From an uncultured delta proteobacterium (lineage in GTDB: Bacteria; Myxococcota; Myxococcia; Myxococcales; Myxococcaceae), in assembly GCA_963713045.1 (NCBI GenBank), contig CAVQKE010000004.1, positions 416,001-480,000 on the forward strand: 64,000 nt of DNA. The letters run 5' to 3'. Below the pieces are notes generated by a model. That model worked only from the letters and a program-made list of their open reading frames with translations, was not told the origin of the DNA and searched no databases. Positions 37,141 to 46,054 of the stretch are shown piece after piece. The first letter of the stretch is position 1, and every line of letters starts with the position of its first letter. Both the position numbers and the translations under genes were made by a program.

Positions 37141-38067
37141 GTGAATCACCTCACCCCCTTTCTGGACCTCTTCGTCGGCTACCTGCGCGCCGAGCGCGGG
37201 CTCGCCTCCCGTACCGTCGAGGCCTATGCCCGAGACCTCTCGGAATACCTGCGCGAGCTGACCTCCCACCGTGTGCGGACTCCCGACGGCATTCGGCCCG
37301 CCCACGTCCGCCGCCACCTGGACGCGCTGGCCGCGCGCGGGCTGTCCTCGCGCAGTCAGGCCCGTCACCTGGCCGCGCTGCGCGTCTTTCATCGCTTTCT
37401 CCTCACCGAAGCGCACGCCCGGGAAGACCCGACGGCGGATACCGAGACGCCTCGGGCAGGCCGCTGCCTGCCGGTGGTGCTTAGCCTGGCGGAGGTGGAG
37501 GCCCTGCTGGACGCCCCGCGCCCGGACGGCCCCTCCGGGGTGCGCGACCGGGCCATGCTGGCGCTCCTCTACGCCACCGGCCTGCGGGTGAGCGAGCTGG
37601 TCTCGCTGCCGGTGGAGGCCCTGCGTCTGGATGCGGGCTTTCTCGTCGCCCGGGGCAAGGGCAACAAGGAGCGACTGGTGCCGGTGGGCAGCCGGGCACT
37701 GGAGGCGGTGCGCCTGTACCTCAGCCAGGCCCGAGGGCTGTTGTTGCACGGCCGTTCCGCCCGGACGCTTTTCGTGACCCGTCGCGGGCGGGGCTTCAGC
37801 CGGCAGGGCTTTTGGAAGCTGGTCGGCCGGTACACCCGTGCCGCTGGCCTTCAGAAGCGCGTCTCCCCGCACAAGCTGAGGCACTCCTTCGCCACCCACC
37901 TGGTGGAGCGCGGTGCGGACTTGCGCAGCGTGCAAGCCATGCTTGGCCACGCCGACTTGGCCACCACCCAGATTTACACCCACGTCGACGCCACCCGCCT
38001 GCGCGGCGTCTACGACAGGGCCCATCCGCGCTCTGGCGCGGTGCGCCCAGCGCCGCCGTTGCGGTAG
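37141..38067 (+). CDS. xerD: Tyrosine recombinase XerD
   Basis: LYATGLRVSEL, GKGNKERLVP, SRQGFW, SPHKLRHSFATHL, MLGHADLATTQIYTHV. Confidence 0.92.
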   Translation: MNHLTPFLDLFVGYLRAERGLASRTVEAYARDLSEYLRELTSHRVRTPDGIRPAHVRRHLDALAARGLSSRSQARHLAALRVFHRFLLTEAHAREDPTADTETPRAGRCLPVVLSLAEVEALLDAPRPDGPSGVRDRAMLALLYATGLRVSELVSLPVEALRLDAGFLVARGKGNKERLVPVGSRALEAVRLYLSQARGLLLHGRSARTLFVTRRGRGFSRQGFWKLVGRYTRAAGLQKRVSPHKLRHSFATHLVERGADLRSVQAMLGHADLATTQIYTHVDATRLRGVYDRAHPRSGAVRPAPPLR

Positions 38068-38080
38068 AACGCGCTCCCCC

Positions 38081-39085
38081 ATGCGCATCCTCTCCGGCAT
38101 CCAGTCGTCCGGGAAGCAGCACCTCGGCAACTACTACGGCGCCATTCGCCAATTCGTCCGCTACCAGCAGCAGGGCGAGGCGCTGTACTTCATCGCCAAC
38201 CTGCACGCGCTGACTTCGGTGAAGGACGGCGCCACCGCCCGGGCGCTGACGCAGCAGACGGCGATGGCCTTTCTGGCGCTTGGGCTGGACCCGTCCAAGG
38301 CCTGCATCTTTCGCCAGAGTGACATTCCGGAGGTCATCGAGCTGTATTGGATTCTGGGGACGGTGGTGCCGATGGGCAACCTCGAGCGCGCCCACAGCTT
38401 CAAGGACAAGGTGGCCAAGGGGCAGGCTGCCGAATTTGGACTCTTCGCCTACCCGGTGTTGATGGCAGCCGACATTCTTCTCTACGGCGCGGACGGCGTG
38501 CCGGTGGGGAAGGACCAGGTGCAGCACCTCGAATTCACCCGCGACTGGGCCACCAAATTCAACCTGGCTTACGTTCCGGGCTATGACCCGGCAGACCCGA
38601 CCGGGGCCCGCACCGGCCGGCCCGGACTGCTGAAGGTGCCCGAGGCGCTGGTGGAGGCAGAGACCGCCGTGGTGCCCGGGACGGATGGAGACAAGATGTC
38701 CAAGTCCTACAACAACACCATCGACCTCTTCGCCGACGACGCCGAAGTGAAGCGTCGCATCATGGGCATCCGCACCGACTCCACGCCGGTGGAGGCACCC
38801 AAGCCCCTCGACAGCCCCCTGTATGCGCTGCTGAAGCTGGTGCTGCCGCCCGAGGAGTTTGCCGAAGCAGACCGCGCCTGGCGCCAAGGGGGACGTGGTT
38901 ACGGGGACTTCAAGAAGACGCTGCTCGCTGGCTTCCATGCAGCCTTCGACGGGCCGCGCGCGCGCTACCGGCAACTCGAAGCGCAGCCGGCCGAAGTGGA
39001 GGCCATCCTGCGCGAGGGTGCGGCGCGGGCCCGCGCCTTTGCGGCGCCGGTGATTGCCGGCGTCCGCCAAGCGGTGGGACTGTAG
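38081..39085 (+). CDS. trpS: Tryptophan--tRNA ligase
   Basis: MRILSGIQSSGKQHLGNY, YPVLMAADIL, VPVGKDQ.QH, KMSKS. Confidence 0.95.
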   Translation: MRILSGIQSSGKQHLGNYYGAIRQFVRYQQQGEALYFIANLHALTSVKDGATARALTQQTAMAFLALGLDPSKACIFRQSDIPEVIELYWILGTVVPMGNLERAHSFKDKVAKGQAAEFGLFAYPVLMAADILLYGADGVPVGKDQVQHLEFTRDWATKFNLAYVPGYDPADPTGARTGRPGLLKVPEALVEAETAVVPGTDGDKMSKSYNNTIDLFADDAEVKRRIMGIRTDSTPVEAPKPLDSPLYALLKLVLPPEEFAEADRAWRQGGRGYGDFKKTLLAGFHAAFDGPRARYRQLEAQPAEVEAILREGAARARAFAAPVIAGVRQAVGL

Positions 39086-39089
39086 CCAG

Positions 39090-39428
39090 ATGCGTCCACC
39101 CATTGTCGTCTTCGACGGCGGCCTCCGCATCTACCCCTCGGTCGCGGCCGCAGAGCGCGCGCTCGCCCCCGGCGGCCCACGGTCCCTGGACGCCTTCGAC
39201 AGCAGCGGTCGGCCGCTGCGGCTGGTGGAGGGTGGCCCGGACTTGTTTGGCCTCTTCAAGCGAAGCGGCGTCCGGCTGGTCGCCGACAGCGCGACGGCCG
39301 ACAACCGCGGACAGTTGCGGTCCCGCCTGGCCGACGCCCTGGTACAGCGGGGCACAGCGCCGCGGTGGGCCGAGGGCGCGCCGCTGGGGGCGCTTTTGGC
39401 CGAGGCCGCCAAGCGACTGCGCGGCTGA
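39090..39428 (+). CDS. Hypothetical protein
   Basis: ATG 4 nt after the trpS stop; typical codon bias; no recognised motif. Confidence 0.55.
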   Translation: MRPPIVVFDGGLRIYPSVAAAERALAPGGPRSLDAFDSSGRPLRLVEGGPDLFGLFKRSGVRLVADSATADNRGQLRSRLADALVQRGTAPRWAEGAPLGALLAEAAKRLRG

Positions 39429-39677
39429 AAGCCCCGTCGGCGGTTTTCCCGGCGGCCGCCGGCCAGCCTCGTGCCTCGGGCCAGCTGCCCCCCCGACAGA
39501 CGCCTGGCGGTGCGCCGGCTACCCGGCGCCGGCTGCGTTGACCCGGTTTGTCAGCGGCTGGTAGGAGACTGCTGGAGCGTCCGAGCCAGCTGCGGCGCGC
39601 CCTCTGGTCGCCTCCCAACCCCCCCCGTCCTCTTGAATTCCACCACCGACCGAGACGCCTTGCGGGACCTCGAAGGC

Positions 39678-40493
39678 ATGCCGGCCGAGGTTTCCCCGGG
39701 GCAAGCGGGCCTCGGCACACCTGAATCCCTTCGGGTGACGCTGCCCAGCTTCGAAGGGCCGCTCGACTTACTTCTGCACCTCATCCGCGAGCACAAGGTG
39801 GACGTGCTGGACATCCCGGTGTCCCTCATCGCGGAGAAGTACAACGCCTCGCTGGAGTTGATGCGCGACCTCAACCTCGACGTGGCGGGGGAGTTTTTGG
39901 TGATGGCGGCCACGTTGGCCCACATCAAGAGCCGGATGCTGCTGCCGCGGGCGGAGCCGGGGCCGGGGGAGTTGGACGCCGAGGCCGAAGGGGACCCACG
40001 CGCCGAATTGGTGCGCCGGCTCCTCAACTACCAGAAGTACCGCGAGGCGGCGCGGGAACTCGCCGAGCAGCCGCTCCTCGGCCGAGACGTCTTCGCTCGC
40101 CAGCAGGGTTTCGACTTGGACCAGCACCGAGGTCCAGCCCCCCTGGTGGACCTCTCCATTTTCCGCCTGATTGAAGCGCTCGACGCCGTCCTCAAATCCG
40201 TCGTTCCGGCGCCGGAACACGAGGTGCGTCGCGACCAAGTCAGTCTCTCGACGGCGATGGAGAGAATTCTCAATGGGCTGCGTGCCGAGCCCGAGGCGAC
40301 TTTCCTGTCGCTCTTCCACGGCCAGCGCACGCGCAGCGCGGTGGTGGTGACATTCCTGGCGCTGCTGGAGATGGTGCGGCTGCGACGGGTTCGGGTGCGT
40401 CAATCCGAGGATGGCTCAGACATCCTGGTGGCCGCACAGGCCGAGGCGCTGAACGCCCCTCTGCCGGAGGTCAACGAAGATGAATACAGGTGA
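39678..40493 (+). CDS. scpA: Segregation/condensation protein ScpA (start uncertain)
   Basis: FEGPLDLLLHLI, GEFLVMAATLAHIKSRMLLP, DPRAELVRRL, VVTFLALLE. Confidence 0.93.
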   Translation: MPAEVSPGQAGLGTPESLRVTLPSFEGPLDLLLHLIREHKVDVLDIPVSLIAEKYNASLELMRDLNLDVAGEFLVMAATLAHIKSRMLLPRAEPGPGELDAEAEGDPRAELVRRLLNYQKYREAARELAEQPLLGRDVFARQQGFDLDQHRGPAPLVDLSIFRLIEALDAVLKSVVPAPEHEVRRDQVSLSTAMERILNGLRAEPEATFLSLFHGQRTRSAVVVTFLALLEMVRLRRVRVRQSEDGSDILVAAQAEALNAPLPEVNEDEYR

Positions 40494-41424
40494 AGGGCAG
40501 GGCGCCGGCGGCGAGGGGCGCGGGGGCCCGGCTGCTTTCACCGAGGCCGAGGTGGCCCGGACAACCGGTCCGGCCGGCGAGGTGGAGCTGGAGGACATCG
40601 CCCCGGCGGACATCGACGAATCCGCCGCGGAACTCGAACCGTTTGACAAGCTGGTCCAGCGGGGCCGCCGCCTTTTGGACAGCCGGGTTCGGGCCATCCT
40701 CGAGGCGTTGCTGTTGGTGTCCGACCGCCCGGCCAGCGTGGAGCAGCTCCACGAGGCGACCGGCATCGACCGGCCACGGCTTCAGCAGGCGCTGGTGGAA
40801 CTCTCGGCGCACCTGGCCGAGCGCGCCGGGGGGTTGACGTTGGTGGAGGTGGCCGGCGGCTGGCAGCTGAGGACCCACCCCAGCACCGTCGAATATGTGA
40901 GACGGTTTCTTCGCGTTCGGCCACAGCGCCTGACCCGCGCGGCGGTCGAGACGTTGGCCATCATCGCCTACCGGCAGCCGGTGACCCGTCCAGAAATTGA
41001 AGACATTCGCGGCGTGGACTCGGCCGCAGTCGTCAAAGCGCTGCTCGAGCGCCGCCTCATCAAAATCCTCGGGAAGAAGGACGAGGTGGGCCGTCCCATT
41101 CTGTATGGAACGACGCGCGAATTCCTCGAATTTTTCGCCCTGAAAGACCTCACCGCGTTACCCACGCTGCAGGAGTTTCACGAGCTGAGCGCAGAACACG
41201 AGGCCATTCTGGAGGAAGAAGCGCCACGGCCGGCAGTCACCCTGGCCGGTCTGTCGGACCGGGACTTCAGCCGAACGCTGGAAGCCGCGAGCCCCTCCGC
41301 CGAGGCGGCGCTGGCCGAGTTGGAGAGGGCCATTGCCCAGGCCGACCGTCAGGCGCGCTCAGCCGCAGCGGCGCTGGGAAGCGCCCCCCGGCCACCAGCC
41401 GAAGCGCCCGAGAGAGAAGAGTAG
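40480..41424 (+). CDS. scpB: SMC-Scp complex subunit ScpB
   Basis: EVAGGWQLRT, LTRAAVETLAIIAYRQPVTR, IRGV, GRPILYGTTREFL.FF.L..L..LP. Confidence 0.95.
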   Translation: MNTGEGQGAGGEGRGGPAAFTEAEVARTTGPAGEVELEDIAPADIDESAAELEPFDKLVQRGRRLLDSRVRAILEALLLVSDRPASVEQLHEATGIDRPRLQQALVELSAHLAERAGGLTLVEVAGGWQLRTHPSTVEYVRRFLRVRPQRLTRAAVETLAIIAYRQPVTRPEIEDIRGVDSAAVVKALLERRLIKILGKKDEVGRPILYGTTREFLEFFALKDLTALPTLQEFHELSAEHEAILEEEAPRPAVTLAGLSDRDFSRTLEAASPSAEAALAELERAIAQADRQARSAAAALGSAPRPPAEAPEREE

Positions 41425-41435
41425 AGCCCTCTCCC

Positions 41436-43259
41436 ATGGCCGAACGACTGCAACGCTACCTTGCCCGGGCCGGTGTCGCCTCCCGGCGGGCCGCCGAGGC
41501 CCTCATCAGTGCTGGGCGGGTGACGGTCAACAACCAGCTGGCCAACACCCTCGGCACCAAGGTGGAGCCCAATGACTTGGTGGCTGTGGACGGAAAGCTC
41601 GTCATGCCCCCGGAGGGCGTCTCCTGGTACATCCTTTACAAGCCCCCCGCGGTGGTCACCACCCTGGAGGACCCGCAGGGCCGGCCCACCATCCGCGGCT
41701 TTCTGCAAGGCATCACCACCCGGGTATTCCCCATCGGACGTCTGGACTGGGATGCCGAGGGGGCGTTGCTTCTCACCGACGACGGCGCGGCAGCGCACCG
41801 GCTTCTGCACCCCAGCTTTCAAGTGCCGCGCACTTACCTGGCCAAGGTGAAGGGCATCCCAACGGACGAGGGCCTGGCCCGTCTGGTGGCCGGTGTCCGC
41901 CTTGAGGACGGCCCAGCCCGAGCCCTGGAGGTGGAGCGCTTCCAGGCCACCGAGCGCAATACCTGGCTGCGCGTCACGGTGGGGGAGGGCAGGCCGCATT
42001 TGGTGAAGCGGCTGTGCGCAGCCATTGGACACCCGGTGGTGCGGCTTTACCGGCCCCACCAGGCTGGCATCTCGGTGGCGGGCATGCAGCCTGGAGAACT
42101 CCGCCCGCTGCGGCCGGAGGAATTGGCCGTCGTTGAGGCTGTCGCTGCCGGCCAGCCAGTCCCACCGGTGACGCTGGGCCTTCCGCCGCGCCGGCATGGC
42201 CGGGCGGACGAGGACGCGGAGGCCGAGGGAGACATTCCACGCCGCCCGCCGAAGGCCTCGAGCCCGGGTGGCGGGGCTTCCGGGACGAGGGGCGCCTTTG
42301 CCACGCCGGCACGGGGCCCTGGCCGGGGACCTCCCTCCCCAGGGCGGCCCCGAGGACGTCCCTTCCGCCGAGGGGAGGGCACCGGAGTCCCTCCGCGCGG
42401 GCCTCGACAAGGACTTCCCGAGGGGCGCCCAAGCTTTCAACGGACCGGCCAAGCCCCGCCGGACGCAGCCTCCAGACGGCCGCCAAGGGGAGACCGAGAC
42501 TTCCGGGAAAGGGCCGCCGGCGGCGCTCGCAGCCAGCCTCCCGGCGCGCCGACGGGCTTTCGGCCTGAAAGGGGCTCCCTCCGAGAGGGACCCTCCGGGC
42601 CGCCGCGACGAGGCGGCCGAGACGTCCAGGCAGCGGCTTCGAGCGGCAGGTGGGCCGGCGCACGGACTGGGCGTCCCGGCGCACCCAAAGGCTTTCAGCG
42701 CACCGGGGCCTCGCCCCGCGACGGGCGCCCCCCGGGGCCACGCGGCGGCCGAGACTTTCAGGGAAAGCCGGGTGGGTGGGCTGGCGGGCGAGGCCCTTCC
42801 AGGAGTCACCAAGGCTTTGAGGACGGCGCCACCTCCGCCCGTGGCGGCCGGCCTCGGCCACCCCCACGAGGCGGTCGAGACTTCCAGAAAAAGCCAGGCA
42901 CGGGCGGGTGGGCCGGTGGACGCAGCGGGCCACCTCGCGCGCCCAACAGCTTTCAGCGCGGGGGGGCGTCCAGCCGCGACGCGCCGAGTGGGCCACCGCA
43001 ACGCGGCCGCCCAGACTTCCGGGGAAAGCCACCGGAAGGCGGACGCGGAAAGCCAGCCTGGCGAGGGGTCTCCCGTCCACCGGAAGGCGGCCGACCTTCC
43101 TCCACGGCGCCTCGGCAAAGGCCCCCTCGCGGGGGTTGGGCTGGCGCCGGGCGTGGCAGTGGGGGGCCGCGGCGTGGCCCGTCCGGTGACGGCGGACGGC
43201 CGGGCCGGGGCGGTCCGCGGCGACCCGTTGACCGAAAGCCAGGCGGCCCGCGCCGCTAA
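41436..43259 (+). CDS. rluB: RluB/RsuA-family rRNA pseudouridine synthase with long disordered C-terminal tail
   Basis: S4 domain ERLQRYLARAGVASRR, GRLD, GALLLT.DG, EGRPH.VKR; about 350-aa G/R/P-rich tail. Confidence 0.85.
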   Translation: MAERLQRYLARAGVASRRAAEALISAGRVTVNNQLANTLGTKVEPNDLVAVDGKLVMPPEGVSWYILYKPPAVVTTLEDPQGRPTIRGFLQGITTRVFPIGRLDWDAEGALLLTDDGAAAHRLLHPSFQVPRTYLAKVKGIPTDEGLARLVAGVRLEDGPARALEVERFQATERNTWLRVTVGEGRPHLVKRLCAAIGHPVVRLYRPHQAGISVAGMQPGELRPLRPEELAVVEAVAAGQPVPPVTLGLPPRRHGRADEDAEAEGDIPRRPPKASSPGGGASGTRGAFATPARGPGRGPPSPGRPRGRPFRRGEGTGVPPRGPRQGLPEGRPSFQRTGQAPPDAASRRPPRGDRDFRERAAGGARSQPPGAPTGFRPERGSLREGPSGPPRRGGRDVQAAASSGRWAGARTGRPGAPKGFQRTGASPRDGRPPGPRGGRDFQGKPGGWAGGRGPSRSHQGFEDGATSARGGRPRPPPRGGRDFQKKPGTGGWAGGRSGPPRAPNSFQRGGASSRDAPSGPPQRGRPDFRGKPPEGGRGKPAWRGVSRPPEGGRPSSTAPRQRPPRGGWAGAGRGSGGPRRGPSGDGGRPGRGGPRRPVDRKPGGPRR

Positions 43260-43309
43260 CGACGCGCACACGCCGTCGCGCTGGGATGGTACAACTGTCT
43301 TCCCCACCC

Positions 43310-45130
43310 ATGGACACCGCGCAGCTGAAGTCCGACGCCAGCGCAGCGCTCGCGGCCGGCGACTTCACTCGGGCCGGCACGCTCTTCGCCTCCTACTGCG
43401 CGACGGCGCCCAACGACCGGCAGTCCCTGTTGCGCATGGGCGATGCTTGGGCGCGCGCCGGTGAGCGCGCCCGCGCCATCGACGCCTACCTGGCTGCGGC
43501 ACAGGGCTTTGCCGCCGACGGCTTTCTGGCGCGCGCCATCGCCGCAAGCAAGCTTGTCCTGGAGTTGGAGCCTGGCCACCAGCGCATGCAGCGCATTCTC
43601 GCGGACCTCTACGCCCAACGCGGCGTGGGACCGGGGGTGGGGCGCCGCCCGCGGGACAACCCCGCACCCCAGGGGGCTTCGCCCCCCTTGGCGCCACAGC
43701 CCCCCCCGGCGCCGCCCGCCGCGCCTTCGGTGGAGGACGAGGCGCCGGAGTTGGTGGTGACGGAATTCATCCTCCAGGTGGGGCTGCACGAACGCACGCT
43801 GGAAGACGTGCTGGCCGAGGCGGTGGGGAACCACGGGGAGGTGGAGACGTCGGCTGCAGCGGCCGAGGCACCGCCGCCCGAAGGGCCTCCGGCGTGGCCG
43901 CCCACGGCCAGTCCCGCCGAGGCATCCGCTGCGCAGACGCCGCCGGCCGGCGGGCCGCCCGGAGCGCGCTTTCTTGAATTATCCCTGGATGAGGCCGAGC
44001 TGGCGCCGGCGCCCGTCGAAGCGCCCCCCAAGGCGCCCCTTCCGCTCTTCACACTCGCCGAGCCTGGCCCGCCGCCCGCAGCCACGGCCCCCGTCCTGTC
44101 GCCAGCGCCGCCCGCCACCGTCGCGCCGGAGACGGCACCTGCACCGCCTCGGCCCCCCGAAGAGGCCCGCTACATTGACTTGTCCTTTGACGAAGATGAG
44201 CCGCTGGAGGCGCCGGCGGCTGCCGCGTTGCTGGAACCCACGCTGCCGGACGAGCCCTTCGCAGACAGCGCGTCAGTCAACGCCCACGGCGCCGCGGAGG
44301 CCCTCGCGCGCGCGGTGCCCAAGGCGCCGCTATTCTCGGACCTGTCGAGCGAGGCCTTCGTGGAGTTGGTGGAACGTTGCCCCTTGCGCCACTTCTCCGC
44401 CGGCGAACGGATTTTGCAGCAGGACGCACCAGGCGAGGCCTTCTACGTCATTTGCGAGGGACGGGTGGTGGTGCGGCGTGAGGAGGGGCCTGCCGTGCTG
44501 GAGTTGGCCCGGCTCGCCGAGGGCGACTTCTTTGGGGAGATGGCGCTGCTGTCCGGAGCGCCGCGGGTGGCCTCGGTGGATGCGGTGCAGGACGGGACGT
44601 TGGTCCTGGAGATTTCCACCGGCCTGCTTTCGGAGCTCACCCTCCGCCACCCAGGCGTCGCCACGGCGTTGAAGAAGTTTTGTCGCCAGCGCTTGGTGGG
44701 CAACCTGATGGCAACCGCCGCCCTGTTTCGCCCCCTCAGCCGGGCTGACCGGCGGGAACTGGCGTCGGCCTTTCGGGCCCGCGACGTCCTGGCCGGGGAT
44801 GTCGTGCTTCGCGAGGGAGACCGCGGAGACGGGCTGTACCTGGTACTGGCCGGCCTGCTGGAAGTCTCCCGCGGCGGTTTCCGAGTGGCAAAGCTCGGCC
44901 AGGGCGAAGTCTTCGGCGAAGCGTCTCTGCTCGGCCGCAAACCGGTGCTGGCCACGGTGCGGGCGCTGCAACGGACGTCGCTGCTGCGGCTGCCCGAGGA
45001 GGACTTCGCCCGAGTGGCAGAACGCTACCCGGCGGTGCGCGCCCACCTGGAGGCCCTCCGCGACGCCCGTGCCCGAGAAAATGCACGCGTGCCTCTCGAC
45101 CCCGGTGAAACTGCGGCTCTGCTCGTCTGA
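43310..45130 (+). CDS. TPR + tandem cyclic-nucleotide-binding domain protein
   Basis: N-terminal TPR-like helices; Pro-rich linker; GDFFGEMALL..PRVASV and GEVFGEASLL domains. Confidence 0.85.
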   Translation: MDTAQLKSDASAALAAGDFTRAGTLFASYCATAPNDRQSLLRMGDAWARAGERARAIDAYLAAAQGFAADGFLARAIAASKLVLELEPGHQRMQRILADLYAQRGVGPGVGRRPRDNPAPQGASPPLAPQPPPAPPAAPSVEDEAPELVVTEFILQVGLHERTLEDVLAEAVGNHGEVETSAAAAEAPPPEGPPAWPPTASPAEASAAQTPPAGGPPGARFLELSLDEAELAPAPVEAPPKAPLPLFTLAEPGPPPAATAPVLSPAPPATVAPETAPAPPRPPEEARYIDLSFDEDEPLEAPAAAALLEPTLPDEPFADSASVNAHGAAEALARAVPKAPLFSDLSSEAFVELVERCPLRHFSAGERILQQDAPGEAFYVICEGRVVVRREEGPAVLELARLAEGDFFGEMALLSGAPRVASVDAVQDGTLVLEISTGLLSELTLRHPGVATALKKFCRQRLVGNLMATAALFRPLSRADRRELASAFRARDVLAGDVVLREGDRGDGLYLVLAGLLEVSRGGFRVAKLGQGEVFGEASLLGRKPVLATVRALQRTSLLRLPEEDFARVAERYPAVRAHLEALRDARARENARVPLDPGETAALLV

Positions 45131-45185
45131 GGCGGCCCGCTTCGGGTGTCCCACAGGGGTCCCGCGGTGTACGCTAGCGTTCCGC

Positions 45186-46040
45186 GTGACACTCCGCTCG
45201 ATTTGCCTCGCCGCGCTGGCCGCCTCCGCCTGCAGCCACACCCAGCAGGCAGCACCAGAGTTGGACCGCGTCCAGCGCCCGGCCTACCTCGGACGTCTCG
45301 ACGACGGCGCTGGTCCAAAGGCGCAAGGCTTGGCCAGCGCCGCAGCCTCCAGTGGACAGCTTCTGACGGCGATGAATGCCGCCATCGGGAAATTCGAGGT
45401 GTCCGAACGCATCCGCAGCCAATTGGCCGTTGCACTCCGCCCGGACAAGCCCTGGTCCAATGCAGTCCCCGCGAGCCAGGTGGCCAGCGCTCTCGAGACG
45501 TTTCTCGTCGAGCACGACCCGCCTCTCCCCCCGGACTACGACCGCCTCAAGCCCACCGGAGCTGACGCGGTGCTGGAAGTCGTCGTCCAGGACTATGGGC
45601 TGCAGGTGGAGGGCAGCGCTGCCCAAAGCTTCCTGCGCGGTTACGCGCGTCTCTTCCTTTTGTCCGACGGCACCGAGTTGTGGCGCTCGGAGTTTCAACG
45701 CTCGGGCACCACCCAGGGGCTTGCGCCCTTGAAGGCGGCGTCGCTGGCGTCCAATGCCGAGCCCTATGGAGACCAACTGCGGGTCCTGCTGGACGCCTCG
45801 GCGCTGGACTTGGCGCGACAGCTGAGCCCGGCAGTGGCCGCGCGCCTCGCCGCCCCAGCGCCAGCCGGACCGTCCGCGCCCGTCGACGAGGGCGCCCAGC
45901 AAGGCGGAACGTCGCGGGCTCCAGCCCCCGACTTGACGCAGCCCGCCAACACCCCCGTCCCCACCGACCGCACCAAACCCAAGGCGCAGCCGCCTCCGGA
46001 CCTCACTGCCCCCAGCGAGCAGCCCGTCACACCGAAATAA
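45186..46040 (+). CDS. Hypothetical lipoprotein with Pro-rich C-terminus
   Basis: Lipobox AASAC after GTG 45186. Confidence 0.7.
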   Translation: MTLRSICLAALAASACSHTQQAAPELDRVQRPAYLGRLDDGAGPKAQGLASAAASSGQLLTAMNAAIGKFEVSERIRSQLAVALRPDKPWSNAVPASQVASALETFLVEHDPPLPPDYDRLKPTGADAVLEVVVQDYGLQVEGSAAQSFLRGYARLFLLSDGTELWRSEFQRSGTTQGLAPLKAASLASNAEPYGDQLRVLLDASALDLARQLSPAVAARLAAPAPAGPSAPVDEGAQQGGTSRAPAPDLTQPANTPVPTDRTKPKAQPPPDLTAPSEQPVTPK

Positions 46041-46054
46041 CTCCCAGGGTATCT

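Noticed and set aside
37141..38067. Tyrosine recombinase as a phage or island integrase
   Set aside because: XerD-specific motifs and housekeeping context (trpS, scpAB); no att repeats or tRNA seen.
41349..43464. Long alternative-frame ORFs (652, 468 and 422 aa) over rluB
   Set aside because: They arise from the low-complexity GC-rich repeat tail; only the rluB frame has conserved motifs.
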